Positions 1 to 12,221 are shown, numbered from the stretch's first letter. The stretch: DNA of 45,404 bases from Octopus bimaculoides (GCF_001194135.2 NC_068987.1:76840284-76885687), one strand, 5' to 3'. Numbers and translations: made by a program. Notes: generated by a model from the letters alone, not told the origin.

Positions 1-31
<31 letters not shown>

Positions 32-61
32 GTATGGGATTTGATTGCAGAGGCTTTGAGA

Positions 62-350
62 AGCCTGGAAAGAAATGAAGCTAAAATGCTCTGCTGGATG
101 CACAGCGTAAACGTGCATGAATGATAAAGTACAATGCATTGGGATAAAAAGTAGGTTTAAACAATCAGATGTAGTGTGCAAGACTCTACGAACATGGACA
201 TGTGATTCATATCGATGTGGAGAACAATATAAAGAAGTTAATGTGAATGGAGCTTACAGAAGAGGAAGATCCTGGAAAACATGAGACGAAGAGGTGAAGA
301 TTGATATAAGGAGTTTGAACCTCAAGAAGGAGATGTCAAAACAGCGGATA
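62..350 (+). mobile_element. Degenerate RTE LINE ORF2 C-terminal remnant
   Basis: Translates SLERNEAKMLCWMHSVNVHE* (from 62) and GAYRRGRSWKT*DEEVKIDIRSLNLKKEM (from 249), matching the RTE RT C-terminus (xLRWM...GRPRKTW); stops and frameshifts present. Confidence 0.7.
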
Positions 351-456
351 ACTGGCTATATATGATTCTCAAAAAACACCTACGTGTCTAAGTGGATTTG
401 ATGGATGGAAACTGAAAGAAGCCTGTCATATATATTCCTTCGTTTATTCTTTTATA

Positions 457-653
457 TGTTTCAGTCATTTGACTGCGGCCATGCTGGAGACCACCTTTAG
501 TTGAACAAATTGATCCCTGGGACTTATTCACTGTAAGCCTGGTACTTATTCTGTTGGTCACTTTTGCCGAACCGCTAAGTTATGGGGACATAAACACACC
601 AACCTCAGTTGTCAAGCGATGGAGGGACAACAGACACAGACACACACACAAAT

Positions 654-686
<33 letters not shown>

Positions 687-843
687 CGACGGGCTTCTTT
701 CAGTTTCCACCTACCAAATCCACTCACAAGGCTTTGGTCAGCCAAAGGGTATAGTAGAAGACACTTGGCCAAAGTGTCTTGCAATGAGGCTGAACCTGGA
801 ACCTTGTGGTTGGGAAGCCAGCTACTTACCATACAGCCACTCC
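457..843 (-). mobile_element. SINE family A, near full length
   Basis: Minus strand starts GGAGTGGCTGTATGGTAAG (A box) and GGTTCAGCCTC (B-box-like), with an internal (CA)n and a tail ending ...CAAATGACTGAAAC; homologous to several other copies in the window. Confidence 0.85.
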
Positions 844-960
844 TGTACGTGTAGTCAATTCAAAAAATGAATAAAAATGGCAAAAAAAAAATGTTAAAAA
901 TGAACATGAAGATATGCTCAAGAATTGTATTAGCTTGATACTCGGTGAAAGGAGAGGGTT

Positions 961-993
961 TTTAATGTTTTGAGCATAGCTCGTTATCAGAAA
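961..993 (-). ncRNA. Decayed minimal hammerhead-like motif
   Basis: TTT-CTGATAA-C-GAGC-TAT-GCTC-AAAA-CA-T-T-AAA: stem I TTT/AAA, perfect stem II, core with G8>A and G12>A. Confidence 0.5.
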
Positions 994-1127
994 GGAGAAA
1001 GGGAAAAGTCCAAAGAAGGAGAAGGAAAATCGCCAGGGCCCACATGTAGTTACATTTCGGAAGTCTGTTTATATATCTATGCTCTGTGTCTTTATAGCTG
1101 TGTTTGTGTACCTCCCCCCACACACAC

Positions 1128-1312
1128 ACCACTTGATAACCAGTGTTGGTATTTTGGTGTCCCCATAATTTAGTGGTTTGGCGAAAGAGATCAATAAAAT
1201 AAGTACCAGGCTTAAAAAATAAGTGCGCGAGTCAATTCATTTGATTCAAAATTGAAGACGTTGCCCCAGCATGGTCACAGTCTTATAACTGAAACAAGTA
1301 AAAGATAAAGGA
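1128..1312 (+). mobile_element. SINE family A 3' part
   Basis: Matches the family A tail (...GCCCCAGCATGGTCACAGTC...ACTGAAACAAGTAAAAGA). Confidence 0.7.
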
Positions 1313-1773
1313 TAAAAAAGACAAATATTTTAGAACTAGTTTTAAGATCAATACCAAACAAATATCCAATAGCCAAAATCCTTAGATATTTACTTCACTC
1401 TTATCTGTGTATTTTTGATTTCTTTGCACCACCCAATAGGACACAAAGTCTTGTGAAATCTCATGTGATCAAATCCTACATGGAAACTGTTTCTCTTAAT
1501 TTTTTAGTGAACTCTTGAAAATTATGAATTATAATGTGTGAAACCTAAGGTAGTGCCAAAAATCCTGAAATAAAGTATTTATCTGCCAATATTGTGATGA
1601 GTACACATTTTCACTGTTCACCACAAACATGTATCTATTTATGTTGTTATTACTTGGTTAATTCAAATTTAATTTCTCTGACAATAAAATTAGCAAAATT
1701 TAAATTTTGTAAGCCAAGTGAAAGAAGGAAAGTACTCACTTTGTTCCACTAAATACTTCTCATAAGTTGTGTT

Positions 1774-1955
1774 GTGTCTGGGGAGAGTCATTTCCTTATT
1801 GTGCCTTAAAATTTAACACACTCACTGGTAAAATTTTCACTTATTTCTTATTTTTATTTTCCTAAAATTTTCGTTGTGTCTTGCAACCTTATCAATAGTC
1901 TTGACTGTCCTCTTATTTTTGTTTTCCTAAAATTTTCGTTGCGTCTTGCAGCCTT
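1774..1955 (-). mobile_element. Non-autonomous repeat fragment carrying a hammerhead motif, with a 44-bp direct duplication
   Basis: 1847-1890 is repeated at 1912-1955 (period 65) and contains the HHR-like motif at 1862-1898. Outer limits are approximate. Confidence 0.5.
1862..1898 (-). ncRNA. Minimal hammerhead-like motif, U3-A8 core variant
   Basis: CTA-TTGATAA-G-GTTGC-AAGAC-ACAAC-GAAA-AT-T-T-TAG: stem I CTA/TAG, palindromic stem III AATT, stem II GTTGC/GCAAC when both duplicate copies are combined. Confidence 0.6.
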
Positions 1956-2146
1956 AGGTATCGCCCATCAGGTACATAGATCTACATTAGCCTCAGAGCC
2001 ATGATAGTGAGCACTCATATGGCAAATTAGCTCCATTTGATTTTTACATAGATTTGTACTTATATCTTTAAGGACTACAGGCATGTCCAAATATAAGAAT
2101 GATAAAATCACTGCACAATATGATATAAGGAAAGAAAAAAAAAAAT

Positions 2147-2856
<710 letters not shown>

Positions 2857-3151
2857 ATGTATGTATGTATGTATATGAAAAACTGTGAAAGAATCGGACA
2901 AAGACTAAATGATTTGAAAAACATGACAGTGAAATAACTTGAAGGAATATTTCGAGAGTTAGAAAGAGCTGATATTGGTTTCAAATTTTTGGCACAAGGC
3001 CTGCAATTTCGGGTGAAGGCGTAAGTTGTTTACATTAACACCCAGTGTTCAACTGGTGCTTATTTTATCGACCCTGAATGGATGAAAGGCAAAGTCAACC
3101 TTGGCAGAGTTTGAACTCAACGTAAAGACAGATTAAATTCTGCTAACCATT

Positions 3152-3572
3152 TTATTCTTTTATTTGTTTCAGTTAGTTGACTGTGGCCATGCTGGAGCAC
3201 CGCCTTTAGTTGAACAAATCAACCCCAGGACTTATTCTTATTTCTTTACTACCCACAAGGGGCTACACACAGAGGGGAAAAACAAGGACAGACAAATGGA
3301 TTTAGTTGACCATATTGAACCCAGTGTGCAACTGGTACTTATTTAATCGATCCCGAAAGGATGAAAGGCAAAGTCGACCTCGGCGGAAATTGAACTCAGA
3401 ACATAGTAGCTGACGAAATACCACTAAGTTTCTGCCAGCTCGCCACCTTATGCCAAGTATTTATTCTATCGGTTTCTTTTGCTGAACTGCTAAGTTATGG
3501 AGATGTAAACACACCAACATCGGTTGTCAAGCAATGTTTGGGAGGACAAACACACACACATATATATATATA

Positions 3573-3622
<50 letters not shown>

Positions 3623-3830
3623 AACATATGTGTGTGTGTGTGTGTGTGTATTTATATATATATATATATATATATACAATGGGCTTCTTTCAGTTTCCGT
3701 CTACCAAATCGGCTCAAGGATTTAGTTGGCCAGAGGATATAGTAGAAGACACTTACCTAAGATGCTATGCAGTGGGACTGAACCTGGAACCATGTGGTTG
3801 GTAAGCAAGCTACTTACCACACAACCACAC
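3152..3830 (-). mobile_element. SINE family A, interrupted by a family B copy
   Basis: Family A tail 3152-3238 and body/head 3453-3830, collinear with the 457-843 copy. Confidence 0.8.
3239..3452 (-). mobile_element. SINE family B (CCCTTGTGGG-tail subfamily) nested in family A
   Basis: Contains GGATGAAAGGCAAAGTCGACCTCGGCGGAAATTGAACTCAG; minus-strand B box GAGTTCAATTTCC. Confidence 0.85.
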
Positions 3831-3949
3831 CATGCTAACGATTCTGCTGACTCACTGCCTTAGAAAAAGCTAGTAATAAGATATCGAATCAAAAGCTATT
3901 GCTAAAGCTGAAGAAGAGGCTTTCAGTGAATGGTTATATACATGCACTG

Positions 3950-4648
3950 AACAAAAAATCCTAAGGCTTTGAAATGCTGCAATAAACAAATTCTTCCTGA
4001 AATTTAGCAAACAGTTATATGAAAAAGATGGGTTGCCTAATCAGTGCTTAAAGAGTGGTTTGTGTTTTAACTTTGCTCGGCAATTAAAACTAGTTGTAAA
4101 GAAAAACATTTGCCTTTCAAAACACTTTTATTTCTAGACATCCAAACACACAAAAAAAAAATCATTTGATGATGTAAAAGTTGTTTTCGTACCATCAAAT
4201 ACAACTCCATACTTAGTCTATGTGCCAAGGTGTTTTTTTTCTTCTTTCAAGTTGTATTTTAATAGAACTTCCACAAAAGCAGCTGAAGCAAGTGGGTACT
4301 ATTGCACTTGAAGAATTTTGGAAGAATATCAATACTAAATATGCAAGTGAAAAGATCAATAACCAAAGGAAGAAATAACAGTCTGCAATATGAGGGGTGT
4401 CTGGAAAAAATTTTTTGTCTGAAAGTGCTAATGATTTTCTTGGCCTTGAAATTTCCATGAGTAATGTAATTGAAGAAATTACATCTTTTTCAAAAACTTA
4501 GGTTTAAAGATATTGATGCTGTGAATCTTTAAGAGTTACTGGATTCACATTAAAAAAGATTTGATAGAAGAACTTCTTTTGGAAATGGAACACTGAAGAA
4601 CATATGAGGAAAATAAATTGAAAGTATCAAATAAAGAACAAACTGATT
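3950..4648 (+). mobile_element. Tigger/pogo transposase fossil, DDE-domain part
   Basis: KNPKALKCCNKQILPEI; KRWVA*SVLKEWF; KEKHLPFKTLLFLD; DDVKVVFVPSNTT; EEFWKN; CNMRGVWKK; GFKDIDAVNL*ELLDSH, all matching pogo/Tigger DDE_1 motifs. Confidence 0.85.
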
Positions 4649-5072
4649 CCGTGGTAAGAAACTCATTTCTCAGTCACATGGCTCTGGGTTTAGTTCCACT
4701 GTGTGGCACCTTGGGCAAGTGTTTTCTACTATAGCCTCAGGCCAACCAAAGCCATGTAAGTGGATTTGGTAAACAGAAACGAAAAGGAGCCCATCATGTG
4801 TGTGTGTGTGAGAGAGAGAGTGTGTGAGTGTGTGTGTGTGTATGTCTGTGTGTCTTTGTGTCTGTTTGTCCCCCACCACTGCTTGACAACTGGTGTTGGT
4901 GTGTTTACATCCTTGCAACTAAGTGGTTCAACAAAAGAGTTCAATGGAATAAATATCAGGCTTAAAAAGAAAAAAAAATATCAAGTACTGGGAGGTCAGT
5001 TTATTCAACTAAAAATTCTTCAAGGTGGTGCCCCAGCATGGCCACAGTTTAATGACTGAAACAAATAAAAAG
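4649..5072 (+). mobile_element. SINE family A inserted in the Tigger fossil
   Basis: Head GTGGTAAG...GGGTTTAGTTCCACTGTGTGGCACCTTGGGCAAG, internal (TG)n and family A tail. Confidence 0.85.
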
Positions 5073-5074
5073 TA

Positions 5075-5262
5075 AATGATTAAAGAACATTTTGAGATTT
5101 AAGAAAAGTAAAACCACAAATGATGGAATTGGATGTAAACATCAATGAAAGTAGTGAAGTGTGTTTTGGTCTGGAAAATCAAATTTCTTACCATCACAAA
5201 TTGTAGGATGAGGAGATGAAAAAACCAAAACTGTGCAATTAATTTTTGATTGTTATTGTAAG
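5075..5262 (+). mobile_element. Tigger/pogo transposase fossil, C-terminus
   Basis: MMELDVNINESSEVCFGLENQISYHHKL*DEEMKKPKTVQLIFD resembles the Tigger C-terminus (MDPNxERSxxV...Q). Confidence 0.6.
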
Positions 5263-5597
5263 TAAAAATAAATAGTTTGATGCATGTAAGCATCATTTAT
5301 GTTCGTTAGAATATTGTATTATATATATTTACCATTACTTAAAGACTTCAAGAATCAATACTGATCAATCAGAAATCAATTATAGTTTTACAATTGCTTA
5401 TTATATTTGGTTAGTGAGCTTTTGATTAATACAGTAATGTAATGAAATTAATTAATGGCAGTAATAAAGGAACAGGTGTGTGTGTGTGTGTGTGTGTGTG
5501 CATGTGTGTGTGTGTGTGTGTGCATGTGTGTGTGTGTGTGTGCACATATAAGCACACCCGTATGTATATGTAAATGTATATGTAAATATACATATAA

Positions 5598-5804
5598 CTA
5601 GTGGGTGCTGAAAAGTTCCTGGCTTTAAGAGTATCGCAGAAAGCCTGGTTGGGGGCCCAACTTTTCTAATTCTTTTCCAGGGCTGTAGGGCTGCTGCAAT
5701 AAGTGTGTGAATCTGGGAGGAGAATATGTTGAATAAAATCATAATTAACTGATCCTCTTGTATTTTCCCTTATCCAAAGCCAGGAATTTTTCAGCACACC
5801 CTCG
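5598..5804 (+). mobile_element. Mariner-derived MITE (~207 bp)
   Basis: Imperfect ~28-bp TIRs CTAGTGGGTGCTGAAAAGTTCCTGGCTTT / AAAGCCAGGAATTTTTCAGCACACCCTCG, TA after the right end; internal NKCVNLGGEYVE* is the mariner transposase C-terminus. Confidence 0.85.
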
Positions 5805-5878
5805 TATGTATGCATGTATATATACATACATATATACATATATATATATATACATATATATATATACATATATATATA

Positions 5879-8458
5879 CTAAGGTTGCTCGGGATTCAAA
5901 TACTACAATGTTTTTGATGGTTAGTAAATCTCCTATATCATAAATAATGTTTATGTCAAATTGTAACAAAATTGGTTGCCGTGTAATGCCGATGCCAAAC
6001 GATAACAGTTTGATACAAAGTCCCAAGAAGGGCTGTAATGCATTCTCAGGTGGTGTAACAATCACAGGTGAAGTAGCCCTGAAAAGGACTTTTTTGTCGT
6101 TCTCACAGTGGTAACAATTTGATAAGAAGACCTGAAAAGGGCTGTAATGCATTCTCAGGTGGTGTAACAATCACAGGTGAAGTAGCCTTGAAAAGGACTT
6201 TTTTGTCGTTCTCACAGTGGTAACAATTTGATAAGAAGCCCTGAAAAGGGCTGTAATGCATTCTCAGGTGGTGTAACAATCACAGGTGAAGTAGCCTTGA
6301 AAAGGACTCTTTTGTCGTTCTCACAGTGGTAACAATTTGATAAGAAGCCCTGAAAAGGGCTGTAATGCATTCTTAGGTGGTGTAACAATCACATGTAAAG
6401 TGGCCCTGGAAAGGGCCTTTTTTTCTTTTACACCAAAAGCAATGGAACTGTTGCTGTGAAATGTGAAACTCTGTGAAAACAGATGACAAATCAAGGTTGG
6501 ACAAAGGAAAAGAAACATGGTTGAAGAAAGTTAGTAACTTTGAAAGCATGACTACAGTAGCACTCACGACATATCAGGTCTGCAAGGTTGCACTGGTGAA
6601 GTGGAAACACCAAGGTTCACGAATTTGAAAGCAGTTGGCATGTAAAGTACTTACAACACCTCTCTGTAGTCCACATTTTTTGTTTTGCCATTAGGGGCAA
6701 GTACAAATAGATTTAGTTTGCTTCCAACTCTGGAGCATTCAACACATATCTGGCCATGAGAGAAACATGGCTCACCCTCCTTCTTTTGGCAGCTGAAGTT
6801 TTATGGCCAAGGCATGTTCTTTTCTTAGGTGGCATGGTGGTAATATAGTTTGAATTGCAAGTTTTAGAAAATTGGCAAAAGGGGACACTGAAAAATGAAT
6901 TTGGCATGATGTATAAAAGTGAACCTACTAAACGTCTTATTCAAAAAAGGAGGAAGCAGGGACAGACAGTTAACTATGTGGACACAAAGACACTGAATAC
7001 AATATTTTTTAATGACACATGAGCTAAAAACTGGTAGGCGGTAACAGTATGAAGGAGTTAACTTAATTGAGCATGGGGACAATGAAAAATTTTTAAAGTA
7101 TGAGGTTATAGAAATAATTAATGTACGTCAAATGGTAGGCCTCACCTGTCAGCCGAAGCACATATCAGACATACACGAAAGCACATCAATAATTACGATT
7201 TGACACTGGCATGGTCAGGTGAACAGTGTTCCACCAATGAAATTCAGTCAAGGAATTAATTGGATGGTCTCATTACAGTGGACAATCGATAGTGTTCATG
7301 CGCATAGGTCAAAGGTCATGTTCACAGTTCACCTCTTATTGGCAGACCATTGACATAATGTCATTAAGGAAAATGATGATGAAAAGGGGGCATTATGATC
7401 GTCAGCGATAATGGGGGTAGGGTGGGAAGGGAAGTGAGTAAACACTGAGGATGCGGTAAAAGCAGTCATTCGCACCAAATAAGAGGCTGAAGTGGAGAAG
7501 GCATCATGGCCATAGGCAATAATAGGGGGAGGTTTAGTAAACATTATTGTACACAGATCAAAAAAGTGGGGTACGCATTAATAGTGTTCACACCCACATG
7601 TCAAAGGTCATGCTCGCAGTTTACCCTGTGTTATCACACCATGAGCGGAGGGTAATTAAAGAAAATTTGTGCTGAACTGGAGGGACATCATGACCATAAG
7701 CGATAGTAGGGGTGGGGATAAGTAAACACTAATGTAGACAAATCAAATCAGTGGGGTAAAACTGCCCCACAATCCTTGGTGCATGAGTAAATGGCAGAAG
7801 TTGTAAACCAAAAAATCAAATTTAATCCAGTGAATTGCAAATTTAATGTGAATAAACTTGAGAAAACATTAATTTAAAACAGTCAATTAAGCATGGGTAA
7901 TATTCTTGCCAAATTTGGAGCAAATTGGTTTTGAACTGCAGAAGTAATTGGCAAAAAACCGAATTTTACGCAGTTATTTACAGGCTTTTCTCATTCAATG
8001 CAGATTGACTTGACAAAGACATAAGTTTAAAACAATTCTTAAAGTATGACTAATGTTTGTGCCAAATTTGGAGAGAAACAATTGGAAACTGCAGAAGTTA
8101 TTGGCAAAAAAAAAGATTTTTACGCAGTTATTCACGGATTTTTTGCAATTAACACGGTTGACCTTGATAAAAATTTTAAGCAAAAGAGTTCTTATGTCAT
8201 GAGTAATGTTCATGTCAAATTTGGAGGAAATCGCTTGAAAAACCAGGGAGTCATGAGCAAAAAACTGGTTATTCGTAGTTTTCGGTTATATGCTAGGGTA
8301 CTAAAAAATATGAAGTAGATCATGACCATGCTTCGAGCATAAGCTATGAGTGTGTCAAGTTTGAGAGAAATCAATTGAAAAATGGGAATATGCATGTAGA
8401 GCATACACACATACACAGACAGACACACCGACATCTTCTGTTTTTTTATATATATAAA
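5879..8458 (-). mobile_element. Internally deleted non-autonomous Helitron
   Basis: Minus-strand 5' end A|TTTATATATATAAAA...GTGTGTCTGTCTG (TC>TT) and 3' end CCCGAGCAACC-TTAG|T (CTAG>TTAG); retains RepHel start MPPKKRTCLGHKTSAAKRRR (ATG 6835) joined to the helicase C-terminus EPCFSHGQICVECSRVGSKLNLFVLAPNGKTKNVDYREVL* (6773-6651). Confidence 0.85.
6004..6422. repeat. 109-bp tandem repeat (~3.7 copies) inside the Helitron
   Basis: The C of GGGCTGTAATG recurs at 6033, 6142, 6251 and 6360. Confidence 0.95.
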
Positions 8459-8630
8459 TGCATGCATGTGTGTATGTGTGTATGTGTGTGTGTGTGTGTG
8501 TGTGTGTATTAAAGCACAGAAACGGCGATGACAATTTCACATTTTCTATATGAGTGTGTGCCTTAAAAGACATCCATTTCTTTATATGTTATAAGGAAAT
8601 ACAGTCACTCACTTTCTCTCACTTTCTCTC

Positions 8631-9422
8631 AAGCATGACCTTCGAACATTGGGCCTCACAGAGGTAATGACAGGAGACCGGGACCTTTGGAGATATGCTG
8701 TGATTGAGAAAACCCAGCAACTAACATGAGATCGCAACCACGCATGTCCGGCCCTGTTAAGAATACCCCTGATGCATCGAGTGATATGATATGTTTGAGA
8801 AGACCTGTTGGGTCAAGTAAAACCAATGTCATAGCTGTGACCGGTTCCTCCTGACTGGCTCCCATGCCAGTGATATGTAAAAAGCACCATCCAAACGTGG
8901 TCAATGCCAGGTCTGCCTGAGTGGCTCCCATGCCGGTGGCACATAAAAAGCACCATCCAAACACAGTTGATGCCAGTTCCTCCTGACTGGCTCCTGTGCT
9001 AGTGGCACGTAAAAAGCACCAACCAAACGTGGTTGATGCCAGTACCCCATCACTGACTCTTGTGCCAATAGCATGTAAAAAGCATCATCTGAACATGGCT
9101 AATGCCAGTACCCCCTGACTGGCTCTTATGCCAATGACACATCAAAAGCACCATCCGAACATGGCTGATGCCAGTACCCTGTGCCAGTGGAACTTAAAAA
9201 GCACTACCCGAACATGATCGATGCCAGGCTTGCCTGACTGGCTCCTGTGCCGGTGGAACATAAAAAGCACTCACTACATTCTCAGAGTGGTTGGCGTCAG
9301 GAAGGGCATCCAGCTGTAGAAACATTGCCGGATCAGATTGGATCCTGGCTCTCCAGACCTTAGTCAAACCATCCAACCCATGTCAACATGGAAATGGACA
9401 TTAAAGGATGATGATGATGATA
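8631..9422 (+). mobile_element. 5'-truncated RTE LINE: ORF2 end plus 3' UTR with 66-bp tandem units
   Basis: KHDLRTLGLTEVMTGDRDLWRYAVIEKTQQLT* at 8631, then UTR units at 8853, 8919, 8985, 9051 and 9117, GGTTGGCGTCAGGAAGGGCATCCAG, and a CCAACCCATG...(GAT)n tail. Confidence 0.85.
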
Positions 9423-9555
9423 AATATATGGATGGATATATATATATGTATATACATAAACACACATATACTCACAAATATATAAACAATAGCAGTCACT
9501 TGCCAGCAAGAATGATCTGCAAGCATGTAGCAAGAATTTTGCTAATTATTTTAGA

Positions 9556-9749
9556 GTTCTATATTTAAGAGATGAGGAATTATGTACATTATTTACATTA
9601 TTTACAATTGACAAACATTTGTCCACATCTTGTTTCAGCTGATACACCCTCCAACCTTCATCAGGTGTCTTTGGGAAATTTAGAACCTGGGTTCTCATTC
9701 CTAAGGTATTTTCCGATGTTGTTATTACTACTATTATTCAGGTCACTGC
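9556..9749 (-). mobile_element. SINE family E copy (head truncated) with damaged hammerhead motif
   Basis: Collinear with 25320-25547 and shares the 3' end AAATATAGAAC; keeps GACAC-CTGATGA-A-GGTTG..CAGCT-GAAAC, but the cleavage-site segment is deleted. Confidence 0.85.
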
Positions 9750-9940
9750 TTTTAAGAAAAGTTATGTACACAAACATACATTTGTGAATAAAAAAACTGA
9801 GCAATACGATATGACTTGCACAATACATATGGAACTGAAAGTCCAGTGGTACCAATTTCAAACTGCAGTAAAGTATTATAACCACAGAAGAGAATGTAAG
9901 CTTTGCATGATTGAAGCTTTTAAGTACTTCCAGTGGATAA

Positions 9941-10080
9941 TATTGGTTTCAAATTCTAGCACAAGGCCAGCGATTTCAGAGGAGGAGGTTAGTCAATTAC
10001 ATCGACCCCACAGTGCTCAACTGGTACTTATTTTATTGACCCCTGAAAGGATGAAAAGCAAAGTTGACCTTAGCAGTATT
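9941..10080 (-). mobile_element. SINE family B partial
   Basis: AACTGGTACTTATTTTATTGACCCCTGAAAGGATGAAAAGCAAAGTTGACC central domain. Confidence 0.75.
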
Positions 10081-10269
10081 CTTCCAGTGAATAATATTAA
10101 AACTTGTGAAATGAAGGAAATAAAAATAATCTCCATAAAAAAATCTACAACTCAAATCTAACATTAAAAAAAGCAATTAACAAACCACCTAACAACATCT
10201 TGCTCCCAAAGCAGACTATAGTAGGAATTAACAACCTAATCATCCATCACAAATACGATAATGCTGTTC

Positions 10270-10364
10270 AACTGAAATTATCATTATTATTATTTTTATT
10301 ATTATTATCATCCTCATAATCATCATCATCATCATCATCATTACTATTATTATCATTATTACTA

Positions 10365-10446
<82 letters not shown>
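10270..10446. repeat. (ATT/ATC)n microsatellite running into a gap
   Basis: Direct inspection. Confidence 0.95.
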
Positions 10447-10894
10447 NNNNNNNNNNNNNNNNNNNNNNNNNNNNNNNNNNNNNNNNNNNNNNNNNNNNNN
10501 NNNNNNNNNNNNNNNNNNNNNNNNNNNNNNNNNNNNNNNNNNNNNNNNNNNNNNNNNNNNNNNNNNNNNNNNNNNNNNNNNNNNNNNNNNNNNNNNNNNN
10601 NNNNNNNNNNNNNNNNNNNNNNNNNNNNNNNNNNNNNNNNNNNNNNNNNNNNNNNNNNNNNNNNNNNNNNNNNNNNNNNNNNNNNNNNNNNNNNNNNNNN
10701 NNNNNNNNNNNNNNNNNNNNNNNNNNNNNNNNNNNNNNNNNNNNNNNNNNNNNNNNNNNNNNNNNNNNNNNNNNNNNNNNNNNNNNNNNNNNNNNNNNNN
10801 NNNNNNNNNNNNNNNNNNNNNNNNNNNNNNNNNNNNNNNNNNNNNNNNNNNNNNNNNNNNNNNNNNNNNNNNNNNNNNNNNNNNNNNNNNNNNN
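10447..10894. other. Assembly gap (N run); others at 15549-15646, 18539-19014, 19672-20535 and ~32674-33385
   Basis: Runs of N, most flanked by microsatellites. Confidence 1.
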
Positions 10895-11281
10895 CTATAT
10901 ATGTATATATATATATATATGCCAACACACACACAGCCATCCAAACATACATACATGTATGTATGTTTTATAAGCATGCATGTACGTATGCATGTACATG
11001 CATGGATGTATACCTAAATGGGAGCTGCTCTTCGTTTTTGTTTAAGCCAAAATCTCTAAGTTCATACTGGAACCCAACTTTCAGACATTTATGTATATAT
11101 CCAGGGGTCCAATATTATTAATCTATGCACGCCTGCTGTATACATACAGATGCAGATATTTACACAGCAAAAGATACACATATACTCACGGAGAAAAATT
11201 ACACACAAATACACAGAAAAACTACATACATAAATATATACAGAACACATAGACAGATAATACATATATATATACATACAT

Positions 11282-11318
<37 letters not shown>

Positions 11319-11619
11319 CATATGTATATATATATATATACATATGTATATATATATACATATGTATAGATAGATATATGTATGTATGTGTGTATATATG
11401 TATATGTATGTAATACACACACACACACAAAAGCACATGATAGAGAGATAGTGAGTAAACAACAAAATCAATAAGATAATATCATATGATAGCGAGAGCC
11501 GAGAGGCTAGGTTTTAGCATATAATTCTTTCTCCTTTATTTTTATATGTATATATATACGTATGTATGTGTGTATTTGTTTTTACTTCCTTCACTACATC
11601 CCTCACAGCTTTATGAAGC

Positions 11620-12092
11620 TGCAACAACCACCACCACCACCACCACCCCTGCTATCGCCACCACCACAACTGTATCATTAATAATACTGCTCTGACCATC
11701 GATATTGCTCCTAATCTCCATCTCCACCAAAACTACCACCACCGCCACCACCACCACCACCACCACCACCACCACCATCACCACCACCACCACCACCACC
11801 ACCAGCAGAACTGTTAAAAATTACTCTGGCCTTCACCATTAATATGATTGTTACAACTACAAAAATTATTAGAATCCACCACATTCACCGTCACCATGAC
11901 AGCATAGCGCTACCTACCTACCTACCTACCTACCTACCTACCTACTTGCCTACCATTTTCTCACCAGCAACACCACCAGGGCTTTATATAATTATTTACC
12001 ATCATCCCCTACAAGACATACCCCCACCAGCCCTATACATTATTACTGTCCATTCCCAGAATGATGATTTCCACCACCACCACCACCAATTA

Positions 12093-12136
<44 letters not shown>

Positions 12137-12140
12137 TTAT
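11620..12140. repeat. Low-complexity cluster of (CAC)n, (CTAC)n and (TAC)n
   Basis: Direct inspection. Confidence 0.9.
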
Positions 12141-12221
12141 GATATCCATGATAACTATGATTACTATAACCATTTCGACTCAAACCAATGTGGAAATTGA
12201 TATGTGCACATTGGCTCTTCT

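Larger units (their letters stand above)
2978..3861 (-). mobile_element. Older SINE family B copy, split (2978-3151 and 3831-3861) by nested insertions
   Basis: Left part ends CTAACCATTTT; the head resumes ATGCTAACGATTCTG at 3831, contiguous in intact B copies such as 43184-43422. Confidence 0.7.

Noticed and set aside
4389-4409. TATGAGGGGTGTCTGGAAAAA as a mariner TIR
   Set aside because: It has no partner TIR and encodes MRGVWKK in frame with the Tigger DDE fossil.
6004-6422. CRISPR-like array (also the 66-bp and 151-bp repeats)
   Set aside because: Units are head-to-tail with no unique spacers, in a eukaryotic context with no cas genes.
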